Source: Phoronis australis (Eukaryota; Animalia; Phoronida). From it: a stretch of DNA of 64,000 bases. The translations under genes and the position numbers were made by a program. Each line of letters starts with the position of its first letter. Positions within the stretch are counted from its first letter, which is position 1. This document shows positions 26,901-39,800 of the stretch, piece after piece. The notes beneath the pieces were generated by a model. That model had not been told where the DNA came from, did no database searches, and worked only from the letters and a program-made list of their open reading frames with translations. The stretch covers positions 711,161-775,160 of the forward strand of contig NMRA01000083.1 in NCBI GenBank assembly GCA_002633005.1, in the 5' to 3' direction.

Positions 26901-27702
26901 TCTCTGCAAAACATAAAATTCATTTATTGAGATTTCAATCACACAGGTTTTGGGAATAAGCCAGGGACAAGAGCAAAATGACCTTTTCGTTTTTTTAGAC
27001 TAGAAATAAAGAATGACAATTGAGTTTGTAGCAAATCTGTAAAACCTACAGTACCTTTTAGATGTTCCTGAAGCTACAAAGTTTAAGTTAATTATGTTAA
27101 AATAAAAGCAGTCTATAATAAAGACTAGTCACTGGATAACAATACTTCAGCAGAGGCTTCCCTTCAATCAAAAATATATAAATTATAATTAATATGTGTT
27201 AATACACAGCTAACTGTAACGTTAGGCCTAAGTCTTCATACAGCTAGCACCACAGAATGGAGGCAGTTACATCACCCTGAATGCTGCAAGCATACACTAG
27301 AGGTGATAGAACATCCCCATAAAAAGTTACTTGTTTCAAAATACAGCAAATAAAATAAAAATGAAACATGCATATATGCTCATAGAATAATAATTAATGC
27401 ATACCATGACTCTGGATACAATTTAGTCAACATAACTTGAACATATCCATGAAAATTTGACGTGGTTCGATCGAGTTTCTCGCACTGGGGCCCATTTTGA
27501 GAAAGTTATATCACGCCTGTTGAGGAACAAATAGTCCAAGGGACACAAATCTAACAAATTTTACCTGATATCTTGCCATGCTATTTTGCAAGTGTCACGC
27601 GCCACGTCACACGTTTCACTCGGTCTCGCGCTACCCTTTGCCTAACCCACGTGACTCAGTTGAAATATTTTGTGGTTATCGCGCGCATGGTGACAAAGGT
27701 AA

Positions 27703-28869
27703 AGGAGAATGCCACCCAAAAAACAACCTATTTTGTACCAATTTACATCAAGTAGTTCCACTTGATAACAACAAGTTCGGTTGTTTTACCTGACACCCAA
27801 CGGCAGACGGAGTTGTTGAAATTAACCAATGACGTAATCGGTTTGAACGCAGTCTGTTCAGCTGTTCACAACACGCTAACTGGTATCAACTTAACGCTTG
27901 AATTCGTTTAACACCAATAAATCATCAAAATTCAATGTAAACCCCCTACAAATACACCGAGTTCTTGAACAAACGTGTTGTTTTATTTCACTGTTACGGA
28001 TTAATAGGTATTTGAATGTACCGTAGCCTACAGAGTTCTGTAGACCAATTTACCATGGTCGATCGCGGGAGTTTGGGCCTGTTTGGTGATAAATTCGAAT
28101 CATTCCTCCGTGAAATATAGTTGGGGGAATATAGCTGTGTGTTGTACTTTTAGACTTACATTTTTTTCAGTTCTAAACACACAAAACGCTTGTTACTCCC
28201 CACCAGTGGCTCGGAACCCGATCAGGCCGGTCGCGGCCGCCGGGATTGGACATAATGAACATAGGAGGTTTAGTTTCCAACTTAAAAGTTGGAAACTAAA
28301 CCTCCAGTCACGCCCGGCGCCAACCTCGACTGAGAGCTCATCCGAAGAAGACTTCATGGGTCGGATCGTTAGGTTTCACAAGCTATCAGTTCGAACCGGA
28401 ATACACTGATCAAGAAATACTGCGCTGTGGTGAACATGCATAGGCAACAGAACATATGGATAGTTCTTTGGTAAGCCAGAATTCGTCAGAGAAACCACTA
28501 TCGACGAAATGCCGGCCACAGACACAGAAATGTTTCATCGCCTCATATTTGCTATTAACAGAGTACTTTTCATTCTTCACTGCTGCGAGCCACTTCCTAA
28601 GCATTTCGGGCTCTCGAAGAAGTCAAAAAAGAATATACTCGCTTTCTTTGCAGCTTCATAGTTTGGACAAGCGCCGGGGAACAATGCACCGCAATATAGC
28701 GGCATTCACTCTGCAGATGAACCACTGACGTCACTGCGTCGTTTCTCACCTTTCTCACAGGTTAATGCGACACCTCTCGGCAAGGTGAGGTCGACCGTAT
28801 AAGAGGCGATGTGGATATAGACCGATAAAGACTGTAAAAAAGACTAATTAAATCGGGTGGCATTCTACT
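27703..28869. mobile_element. Non-autonomous Kolobok-like DNA transposon with THAP remnant
   Basis: 15-bp TIRs AGGAGAATGCCACCC / GGGTGGCATTCTACT (1 mismatch), flanked by (g)TAA and TTAA. An empty TTAA site is present in the paralogous copy at 13765-13768. Confidence 0.85.
28410..28705 (-). pseudogene. Frameshifted THAP zinc-finger fragment
   Basis: MPLYCGALFPGACPN...FFFDF / (frameshift) RKWLAAV...VCGRHF fits the THAP C-C-W-C-H-F pattern. Confidence 0.75.
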
Positions 28870-28899
28870 TTAACAGTGACCAAAAAGTGGAGTTGGAAT

Positions 28900-30660
28900 T
28901 CTTTGCAAAAGTTACCTTAATTCTCATAGCTACAAATACATACTCGGGAACCCAATGGTCGTCCGCCTAAGCATAAAACCGACTTGCTGTTGTACTCACC
29001 GAATTATTCCACTTCAAAGTTATGATCTGAATAGGATTCGATTTAACTCTCACAGATATACCGCATTCATCGATTCGGAAGTTTTCTTTAATTTGTGCCG
29101 AGTTATTTCAAATGTGCACTGCCTTCGGCAGCCATTTTATTGTGACACCTAAGTTCGTCATATGCTGCCCCCTTTTGTAAAAACTGAGAAACATGCAGAA
29201 AAAGGCCAACGAAGTAATGAAAATTGCAACAGCCTGTTTTTATTGACATAAACTCGATTTGAAGCTTTGATGTTGAGCTCTGCACTGTGGTTTCCAATAA
29301 AAGCCAATTGGACAACATTTCAATGCAGTTTAATGGTGAATGCGTGAGGCAAAAATGTTAAGAACCCAGCGTATCGCATTTGTCTGCGGATTTTTCCTTT
29401 GGCCTTCTAGATCCTACTAGTGCCTGGGACAAACAGATACATTGCATAAACAAACCCTGGATCATGTTTTGTGTCCCGTCGGAAGAAAATTTAAATTCGA
29501 AAACATCTTCTGAAAACGCACAAAAAAGTGTATTAGTAAAATCTACTGATTTTTAAGTGGTTTTAAAAAACAATCGGTAAACTCACCGATTTTTGTCTCA
29601 TTACTTTGATACGTGTCTCTTCCGATAAGTTAGTACCTAACGTGCAGACGAGCACTCCAAATTGGAACGCTAAGTCCCGCGTGGTTGCGCTGCACGCGAA
29701 ACAAGATGACGGACGACCTTTGGAGCCTGACGACAATAGGTAACCGGACTATATGTGTCAGAAGCAGAAAAGATCACTGAAGAAAGTAAGCGCCTTTTTT
29801 AAAAGTGATAATTTCAAGTGTAGAATGTATTTTTGACGAGGTGAAAACTCTTGAACGGTGAGCGGATTTCGCCTACCGCCCGTTTAAGATACACGGGACA
29901 AATTAGTACAGAAAGCGATGGGAAGTATTGTACCTAACCGGCCAACCGAGGCCGAGGGGCTACGTGTTGCCTAGGCAGAATGCCCCGGCCTGGCAACATT
30001 CGATGCAAAATAGCAGTCCTATCACCATAACGGTTATTAACAATGCGTAATTGTGAATTTGTCCATCCAGGCTGAAGAATAAATATAAATATAAATATAA
30101 ATATAAAAAAGACTCTAGCCGAGTAACAGTAGGCCTACGTCTAGCAGACGCGCTTTCTTCCATGGCTTGGAATTTACGACATCTTTTCATTTTTTGGCGG
30201 CGATTTACAACGACTGCCCATATGAAATACATACGGTTGAGAAGAGTGATCCATGGTGTGTTTCTTAAGTTGCCTTTAGAACGAATATACACTCCAACAC
30301 AGGCTTAAACAAATTTAGAATAAAGCAAATGCACTCAATCACGACTGAACTTCATAAATTCTCACCAAAATCCCGTTTTTCTATCTCGTCTTGCGATAAT
30401 GGCGTTCGACAACGCGAGAAAGAACGATACTGCGCATGACGAGTAGAGATATTGAAATCACCATACACGCCCCTCGATTTCTGATGTTATTGAAATATTA
30501 TAAAGGAAAAAAGGAAACTTTTGAATATCAAAATAAAGATATGCAAAATTAAATCCTAATTTCATTGTTTTAAAACTATAACTTTCAATTCCAGTGTTAA
30601 TATCTAAATATACGTAGTTCCTTTCAGAGGGAGGGAACTCAACTTGCACAAACTTTTTAG
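28900..30660. promoter_or_regulatory. Probable bidirectional promoter and non-coding first exons for BANP (-) and POGLUT2 (+)
   Basis: Lies between divergent genes whose ATG exons both have upstream acceptors. Minus-strand GTGAGT donors at ~29586 and ~28999, plus-strand G|GTAAC donor at 29740, YY1-like GCCATTTT at ~29131, NRF1-like TGCGCATG at ~30431; locally CpG-rich. Confidence 0.6.
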
Positions 30661-30698
30661 GTCAAAGTTGACACCCCGAGGTCATTATACAGATCGTG

Positions 30699-30871
30699 AT
30701 GGGACGGTGCCTGCCTGTCAAGATAATACTTCTCATAAATTTGATTAGTGTAGCAGCTTCCGTTGAGGTCGATGTAAGGAAAACTAAGGTGTGGGGCCCT
30801 GCATTCAGCCCACGATCTGTCCTCCCCGTGAGATATTTTTTTATTCAAGCGGTTGATGGCGTGGGTAACAA
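30699..30871 (+). CDS. POGLUT2: POGLUT2/KDELC coding exon 1 (signal peptide)
   Basis: [25 protein letters not shown]...[27 protein letters not shown]; GTAAGT donor. Confidence 0.88.
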
Positions 30872-33800
30872 GTAAGTTGAACCCGGCGGTATCTGGTCAG
30901 CTGGTGCAAGTTGGCATGCAGTACAACAAACAATGCAGTGGTGGTCTGTGGTGTAGAGTTCCACACGTTCAAAAAGTCAGTTTCAATGTGTTGACCACAA
31001 ACGAAGAGCATCTAGGCCTACTTGATTCTACTCAAACATAATAATCACTTAGATTTAAAGTTGAAGTCAATTTTTAAATCCAATCAGCCATGCAGTTTTG
31101 AGATTAATCACTATGCAGCAATGATGCCAGATGTCTTTTATTATAGGCGATAGATCATGTTGGCACAGGCCAATGAATAGGTGTTTCTCAATATGTTTTG
31201 CAACTATATACTTTTGAAAAAAATTCATGAATCAATGTTTCAACAGGTCATAATAAATTTTGTTTGTAGTATCACCTCTTCTGTCGGTGATGACGCCTTT
31301 CAAGTTCGTCTTGAGGAAGGAGATTTTTCACAAGTCAGAGCTTACCTGAGAGTTTTGGATCGTAAAGATGGTTCTTACATTGCACGGTTCAGACTTGTCA
31401 ATAGTTTCAATGGCTTACGGATAAGTATACTACACAATGGAGTATATGTGGCTGAATCACCTTATGTTGTCTCAGGTATATAGTTCACAATGTCATAGTT
31501 AGTGTAGCTTCTCAACTTCTTGTTCTGTTTAAGAGGACAGGTTCAATTGTCCCTGTTATCTTTATGTCTTTTCTTGCTGTCAGTGTTTTCAGTTTTAGCA
31601 TAGATCATTTGGACTTACTTCTAAAATGTTTATCTACACTTAGACTTGGTACAAAGCTATATACTAAATATACAGCTTTGCGCTGATGTGTAAAAAGTGG
31701 TAACAAAGATAAAATCTGACACAAAATTAGTGTCATTAAAAACTACAGTCTTTCTTCAGTAAACTAGATTATTTAACGGTGTTGGAAAAAATGGTGTTCT
31801 GCTGTTATTCTGCTGCTAAAGTTGTGGAGTGATCTTTAGCAACGGCCTTTGGCGCCATGAAATAATTTGCGTCACCTATTGGCCAGTTTCTTTTTTTGCC
31901 GATTCTTCAATCAACTGTTGTTCTTTCACGAAGTTGTGTACACGTCAACAAATTATTGGAACTGGTTTCACTTCATTATAAGTTTTTAGAATTTTGATGC
32001 TGAAAAAATGAATTTCAGAACAAATTTTGCTGCTGCAAAGTTGTCGCAAAAATTTAGGAAATTGCGCATGCACGTGACCTTGACACGAGAGTACTGTTTT
32101 CGAAACGACAACATACTTTTCATTGTTACAAAAGGTTTAGAATGACGCAAGAAAATGACGTTTGTTTTTCACTGAAACGGTTGTAACGGGAAAGGTGAGT
32201 GTCGGTTGATTCCCAGATTTTGCATGCACCCCATGTGGTCTTTAGCTCTACATGTTCATACAAGTTTCACGGCGAGGTGACAACCAGAACTACCCGGGCT
32301 GTGTGCAGTTTCGGGGTCTACGAAAGAAATACACACAGTGGTACGTAGCTGTATTTTGACGACAGTCTTCATACAGCTAGCTGGCTAGCTAATCTACACC
32401 TAGCTTTTTCAAATTGTCATTCCGTGAGGCACTTATTGACCTGTAAGCCTTATAATGTAGAAAATGAGGATTGCATACATATAGATTATTGCATGACGAG
32501 GTATATAGAAACCAAGTCAGATTTGGATTTGGAAGAATTATCACCTGACCTGAGGAGTGCTAACCCTAGAGGGTGATAATTCTTCCAAACTCCACGGGAG
32601 TCTTCTATGGAACATTGTGGCATGCCCGTCACGTTTTTCCACCTAATTGTTATCTCCCATGAGAAATAACTTCATGAGTTTCACGGTTACTTACATTTAA
32701 GGGCATGTATGTTGTACAGTGTATCTGATGATGACTGGAGATTTGTCATATGCAAGTCGATTTAAATGAGGTCCCATTGTTTAAATCAGCTTTCATGTTA
32801 TGGCTCTTTTGCTTGAAAGTGCAAATTTTTTTGTTTTTTTTTGTGTTCATATAGGATTGTTGTTCACCATTAACAGTGAGTCTCTCATTACTTGGCAAAA
32901 TAAATTTCGCCAAGTATGTTGCTTTGTCATCAAGTTTGTTTGTTTGTTAGTTTTGTTTGTTCACACTCTACAGGTCGCATTTTTTGTCCGATTTCCACGA
33001 AATTTACACACAACCTCAAATTCTGGATGTCCTGGAAGCCTGTTGTTTTTCTTTATGATCGGATCCAAGATGGCGAACATGACGGCCATTTTGTTTTCAA
33101 TTTCAGTTTCAAACGCTCGTAGAGGCTGTAATTTTTGAGGTTCTACTTTTGTGCTGAGAATCATTTGCTGGCGGAAATATAGGCAATTGCACATGCGCCC
33201 CTCGATTTCGGGCAAAAAACGTTTTCTCCTGTAGAGGACGCATTATAGGACCAATTCCTTTGAAAATTTTCAGGTATTAGTTTTTTATAACATGCTATTA
33301 TTCAGACCTAAAAACGGAAGTTGCTATCAAGATTGCGGATCTGATGCATTTTGACCCATTTTCAGTCATGTTGGCGTGTTATTTTAAACTGGAAGAGAAA
33401 CTGACATGAATTTTTGGATGTGGATTCTCTAAGGAAAACCCTTTCAAATGGTCTGTAACAATTGTTTTCTTGACTTTGAAAAAAGTTTACGGAATTTTGC
33501 AAAACTACTATGTTAGATAGAGTTTTGAACCAGCTTTCAGACGATATTTTCCATTTTTCTCTAGGATGTCTACTTATTGAATTATTCGAGATTTTATGAT
33601 AGCACTGTTCCTTTGTTGACTGGTCTTGCTGCACTGATGTCGGTTTAGCTTTTATTGAACATGACAGTAGCCTATTTCGTACAGATTTCTGACATCTTCG
33701 CTAGTCATATGAATGTTATTGTGTTGTTCATAATCCTCACTATCATCATCATAATAATCATCATCATGGTCGTCATCTCCGTCGTCGTCGTCGTCATCTC

Positions 33801-36800
33801 CGTTGTCGTCTTTTCAGTTAATTTCACCAAGTGTCACTCAAGACTGCAGCCTATTTCTTACTGATTTCTTACATCTTCGCTAGTCATATGAATGTCATCG
33901 TGTTGTTCATATTCGCCACCTTCATCATCATAACCATCATTGTCGTCATCTCTATCGTCGTCGTTTCGGTTAATTTCGCCAAGTGTCGCTCATCCGAGCA
34001 CTTTCGTTGTACAATCGATGCCGTTAAAGTCATTTATTTATAATGTGATTTTTGCATAATTTTCGAAAAGTTTTCATCACAATTTTCATGAATGTTCAAT
34101 TAATATGAAATCAAAAATACATTTGTGACTACTGGTGTACTATTTGACATCTTCTTGGTATTACTGTTATAGCAAGTAACACCAGTGTGAAGTAAATTTT
34201 GAGACTATTAATGCTTTCAAGTTGTTTAGTGAAATATATAGATATCGTAATTCGTAGTCACAATGCCCAAATTTTAATAGGGAAGAACATTGATTATTGC
34301 ACATTTGTAACATGGATAAGTAGTTCTTCCTTATGCACAGCTGTATCATCTTGTATTTGTGATAAAGTATCGTTCTCCACTGGAAATTTCTGTTTCAAAG
34401 CTGTTTGAAAATTTATGCTGAAATATGAAAGTGTGCAGTTTAGCTAACCATGGAAACTATAATACTGTTTTCTTCTCTGTATTGCTATCTGTTAGTTGGT
34501 TAGAAACATCATTCCACTGCATCTTGATTTTACAAATTAAATTGTCTAGTATAAGAAGTAAATCTGGTTTAATTACAGGCCCGATCTACCAGGAAAAGTG
34601 TTACTGTCCTGCGAGAAGTTCTGACAAGTGGCTCAAATTTATGAAGTGTCCGGCTGCGTACAATCAAATCAAGTCAGATTTGTCTAAGTTTGAGAATGAC
34701 ATTGACATGGAGAAGTTGTCGCAAGAGGCATTCAACCGATTCAGTCAGAGAGGCAGTCATAGCTTGGCACACTATGCCATAGTGGACAACAAGGTGCAGA
34801 TAAGATTTTGAGGACGATCTCAGATTTTAGTGTCATTTTCATGTTAAATAGTTGAAAAAATTTCACGGGTTTCATTGTATGGCAATATTGTTATGGGTGA
34901 AATAAGACATAGAGCATAAAATGTGTGTGCCAATTTAGATATGCTTAACATCTCAATGCGCTATCATGTGCTATCTGAAATTTTAATGTGAGACATGTAG
35001 TGAGAATAAGTCCTGCTGTCACTTCATCACATTCAGAGAAAACCATTTGACGAGTGACCTGTGATAGCCCACAGTAGCATAAGTAAAAGTTTTTGCTTAA
35101 GTAAATTCAGTGATGCAGCTATGGAGAGAGAGAGAGAGTGGGAGGTAGGGAGGGAGGGAGAGAGAGGGAGGGAGCGAGAGAGAGAGAGAGAGAGAGAGTG
35201 CGAACTTCGCTGATCGGCACTTTCAGTGGGGTGGGAACTGAGGGTATGATGCTTGACTGAAGTTGGTGGCAACGGGTGAAAAGGAATGGTGTGTATTTGG
35301 TGACTAGAGCATATTGGTGACGGGATAGATTGTGGGTTGTTTGTAGGAGGGCGGCACAAATAACTTGAGTGCGATACTAAACTGGTGATGACCTGGGGAC
35401 GGAAGGCAATATTTGTGACAGCTTGGATGTGCATAGCTATCTTCTGCCCTGTGCTGGCTTTGCCGCTGCTTAAATATACTAGTGCATGAACTGCAATGCC
35501 TTGGAAGGGCTCTAAGCTTTTAATTCCACCAAACCAGGCTGGGTGACACAGTATGAAGGACAATTTTAATAACACAGTTTCCAAAAATACATCCCCTTTT
35601 CCGAAAATGCACGTGGGCGTATATTCAGTTTGATTTGACATTTTGAAGGTTCGTTTTCAGAATATCTGTCCGTGGGTCTAGTTTCAGAAGTTCCCATTAC
35701 TGCATGTTTCCACATTGTCACAGTTGTAATTTGGAAAATCCCTAATTAATTTAATGCTTGAATACTTTTTCAGGTATACCGACGTACCCATGGCGAACAC
35801 GTTGGGTTCAAGATGTTTATGGATGCTATGTTGCTATCTCTGGCTCGTAAGGTGTGTATAGTCCCGATGTGTTTGCCTGAGGCTGCGTTTTTGCATCATT
35901 TGACACAAAGTGTGGAAGATGCAAATTGACTTGATGAGTGCGTTACCTTGGACGCAACTTTTTGTTCAAAGGTTGTGATGGGTAAAACTAAAACCAGATG
36001 AAAATCATTTAGTTCTTATCTTTGATTACCATACCGTACCTTTCGTTCATAACAGCACCCCTAGATTGTTTCATTTTCTGAACCCAAACGAATGGCATCG
36101 TTGCTCCTTAAGTAGGTCATCACAATGTAGGTCAGAATATCCTAGTACAACTGGTCCGAAAAGGGGTGAACTCAATTACAGTCACAAAATGGGGTCGAAA
36201 CAGACGAGTATTATGATAAATAAAATCTTGTATCATACTTTGCGAGTGTGTTTTTAAGGATTCTGCGACTAAGTTTCATGGACCCCAAAAAATTCAAGTG
36301 GACCCCAAAAATATTGGAAGGTGAGTCCACTGTGCCCAGTTACATGAAACAGTCCGAAATAGGGACTCAACTAAATCTTTTGCGTGTTTGTTTTGTTCTT
36401 TACTCACAGATGTAGTATTTTTTCGATCATTTCATCTTTATTTTGATCCCCTCTTTGACTGACGACATATTCTAATACTATATCTAAAAACTGAGCCCTT
36501 AATTCAGTCAAAATAATTAGGGATTTAGTCCTTAAATTAAGGGCGTTGCGTGAAAAGATCCCTATGTATTTTCAGTAATATTGAGAATTCAACGTAGAGT
36601 TCACTGTTGATTTGTATCAAAGCCAAAACTGACTTAGTAATGAGACTCAAACAGCATGAGAAAAGACAATCAATGTTTTCACAAGCCCACAAATACAGAG
36701 TAGATTTAGGGAACCTAGTTGGGTCCCTATTTGGGACTGTTTCATGCAAACAGGCACCGGACCCAAGGTTTTAGCAGAGTATGACGAACACTGTTGCTGT

Positions 36801-39800
36801 GATGATTAAACATCAGCTTGTCGTATTCACTGAAAGACTACGAAATGTTGGCTAACACTGAGCAGGTGTGTTTTTAGAATTCGTTTGCAATGTGTTTCGA
36901 TGCAATTAAGCCGAGCCCCAAAGCAATAGAAGTGCCATTTATTAAACCTGTCTAGTTAATATTGGCTTATTAAAATCCAGTGAAAGTAAGTTGCAGTTTA
37001 ACATTGAATATTGTCTTACTCGTGTTTCAATGAATTGTGGCAGATGGAATTTGTAGATCAATAATATGTATATTAAATTCATATTTAATTGTACCTAGAC
37101 ACTATTCAACAGGTTGCTTGTGATTATGAATACCCTGCTAGATCTTCTACTTGCTCACTGTTACACCAATCTTTGTTCTTTCATTTGACTTAATGTCTCC
37201 AATGTCCCCTAGGTGGTGTTACCTGATGTTGAGTTCATTGTCAACCTGGGTGATTGGCCACTGCAGTTCAAGGCTGACAGTCCTCAAAACAGACATCCCA
37301 ATGCCCCGCCTCTTCCCATCTTCTCTTGGTGTGGCTCGGACGATACAATGGATATTGTCATGCCAACGTACGACGTGACAGAGTCGACTCTAGAGACAAT
37401 GAACAGGTAAAGGTAACCAGGCACTGGAGGTATATGTCAGGGCTTGGAATTTTCCGCGGAAACGCGGATTTCCGCTTTTTTGAAATGTGCTTTCCGCTTT
37501 TTTTTATAATATTCCGCTTAAAAAAATCGGATTTGATATGAAATTTCCGCGGAAAATTCCTTTCTTACCGCGGCGTTGCAGACGACGTTCACCTCGGAAA
37601 GCGGAAGTTGCTCTTTATGTTTCGGAGGAACGTAAATTGTCAACATTGCCGGGGCATCTGGGTAAAGCGTGGTGTGATTTTCAATGGCGGCTCGTGTTAT
37701 TGTTAAGCGCGGCGACAAATACTACCGCTCTGCCGCTAAAAGTGTGTGGGTTGGGAGTGGACGTGCGAGCTAAAAGGACGCAGACGCATGCTACTGATGG
37801 TGGTAACGTTTTGGAAAGGTTCACATTAACCATTTCAAAGGCTGGTTATCGGGCATGATTTTGGCCGTAAAAGTTTCCGCGTTTTTTGTCATTGGTCATT
37901 CCAAGCCCTGATGTTTGGAAAACACCGCATGGGCATTTGCTATGCACAAAGGGTTCACCTTGCTGGTGTAGAGGAATGTGCTTAAAAATAAGGTGAATAG
38001 GACTGCCTTGGATTACACTGCAACACTCTGAATCTGGCTGTATTTACCCACAATACCGTAAACATCCGTCAGGCACATTTGGTGCCTCGTTTTCATGCCA
38101 CTGTAGATTCACATGTTATTTGTTGTAGTTGTGATTTTTTACAAGTTTTTCTCGGTTACATTAGTAATACTCTATTCGTCCTTTTAATGCCAACGAAGTA
38201 TTACTGCTGTGCTGTGGGCTGCAACTCCGACGGGAGAAATACCCGAGGATTCATGATCTAAAATTCATCGCCTTCCCAACGTCAATGAGAGATACGAACA
38301 TGTGTCTGATTTCCAAAACGAGGTCACGCGCTTTCTAATCTCCGGGACCAAGGAGAGTTCTATTGCCGTGTAATCCGGGACATCTCTATTGGATTAAGCT
38401 ATGTAGTTATTGTCTCTTTCCGTATCCATTATTTAAAGAGAGAGGATAATACAATATGCCTGTGTGCCCTAGTTTATTTTCATTGGATGGCAAAGCTAAT
38501 CTATTCAGCACTCACAATTCAGGATTTGACATAAAAAGATAAGTAACCTGTTGGACATTTGCTCCATCGCCTGCAAGTTAAAATTGCAATGAGTTACGTG
38601 TTTAGTATACTAGCATGTGTGCAGGGTGTTTAATGTGGGTGTGGTCCACAGGTGTATCATATACAATAGATATGGCACGCTGTATGCTAACACTGAAGTA
38701 ATACTGCCCTACCACAAATTGGGTGCTATTTCGTACTAGTGAGGGGTTGTACACTAAACAGTGCAAAATATGACTTATAAACACTTATTCACATTTATTG
38801 AGAATATTGTGTGTGAGCGCTACTGCCAAAAGTATTGACATGTTCACATGTATATAACATCGTTTGTTGTCTTGAAACCTAAAGTGCAGTGCTGTAGTGG
38901 TAAATGTAGAGGTATGTATACACCTGAAGCCCAGCGTATCATCTTGTGGTTCCGCGCACAAGTACACCTCAATTTCCAGTATATAGACGATACATTGAAA
39001 ATGAAAAAAGTGTTATACTGCATCTACATTCGTCCACTAAGTGTTCGTACTATGCTTTACTAAATATAAATGTATTATTACAAATTACCATACAACTTGA
39101 TCTGTGAACCATTGTAGGGTGTCGTTAGATCTCATGTCAGTTCAAGCACATGGCAGTCCACCTTGGGAGGAGAAGATTGAGAAAGGATTCTTCAGGGGCC
39201 GTGACAGTCGCCGGGAGCGCTTGGACTTGATCAAGCTGAGCCAAGATAATCCAGATGTGATTGATGCTGCGATGACTAACTTTTTCTTCTTCCGTGATGA
39301 GATGGACAAATATGGGCCTAAAGTGGACCACATATCGTTTATGGACTTTTTCAAGGTTATTAATTTTCTGTGACATGAGAAAACATCTAAAACTTGTAAT
39401 GTATTTCTGTTGTCTCTTGTCATAGATTTATGTCAGGGACCCATGTATTATGGAACTCATAACTTCATTTGTGTGACGCTACTCTTATTATCATTGTTGT
39501 TATCATTATAATTAATGTTACTTTTTGTTATCCTTTTATTATAAATTTTCCATATGGTAAGCCCTCATAACGTTTACGCTCCACAACCCATGGCAACCAT
39601 CCGAATCTTCCAGTACAAGTATCAGCTGAATATTGACGGCACTGTGGCGGCATATAGGTTTCCCTACCTTATGTCAGGAGACTCTGTAGTACTGAAGCAA
39701 GACTCGCCATACTACGAACATTTCTACAAAGACTTGAAGCCATGGACACATTACATTCCTGTCAAGAGAGACCTCAGTGATGTCATTCAGCAGGTCAAGT

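Noticed and set aside
33655-34043. Hydrophobic membrane-protein-like ORFs
   Set aside because: Produced by (ATC)n/(GTC)n microsatellites in a tandem duplication inside an intron
35033-35641. 202-aa minus-strand ORF
   Set aside because: Intronic antisense frame running through a GA microsatellite; no recognisable domain
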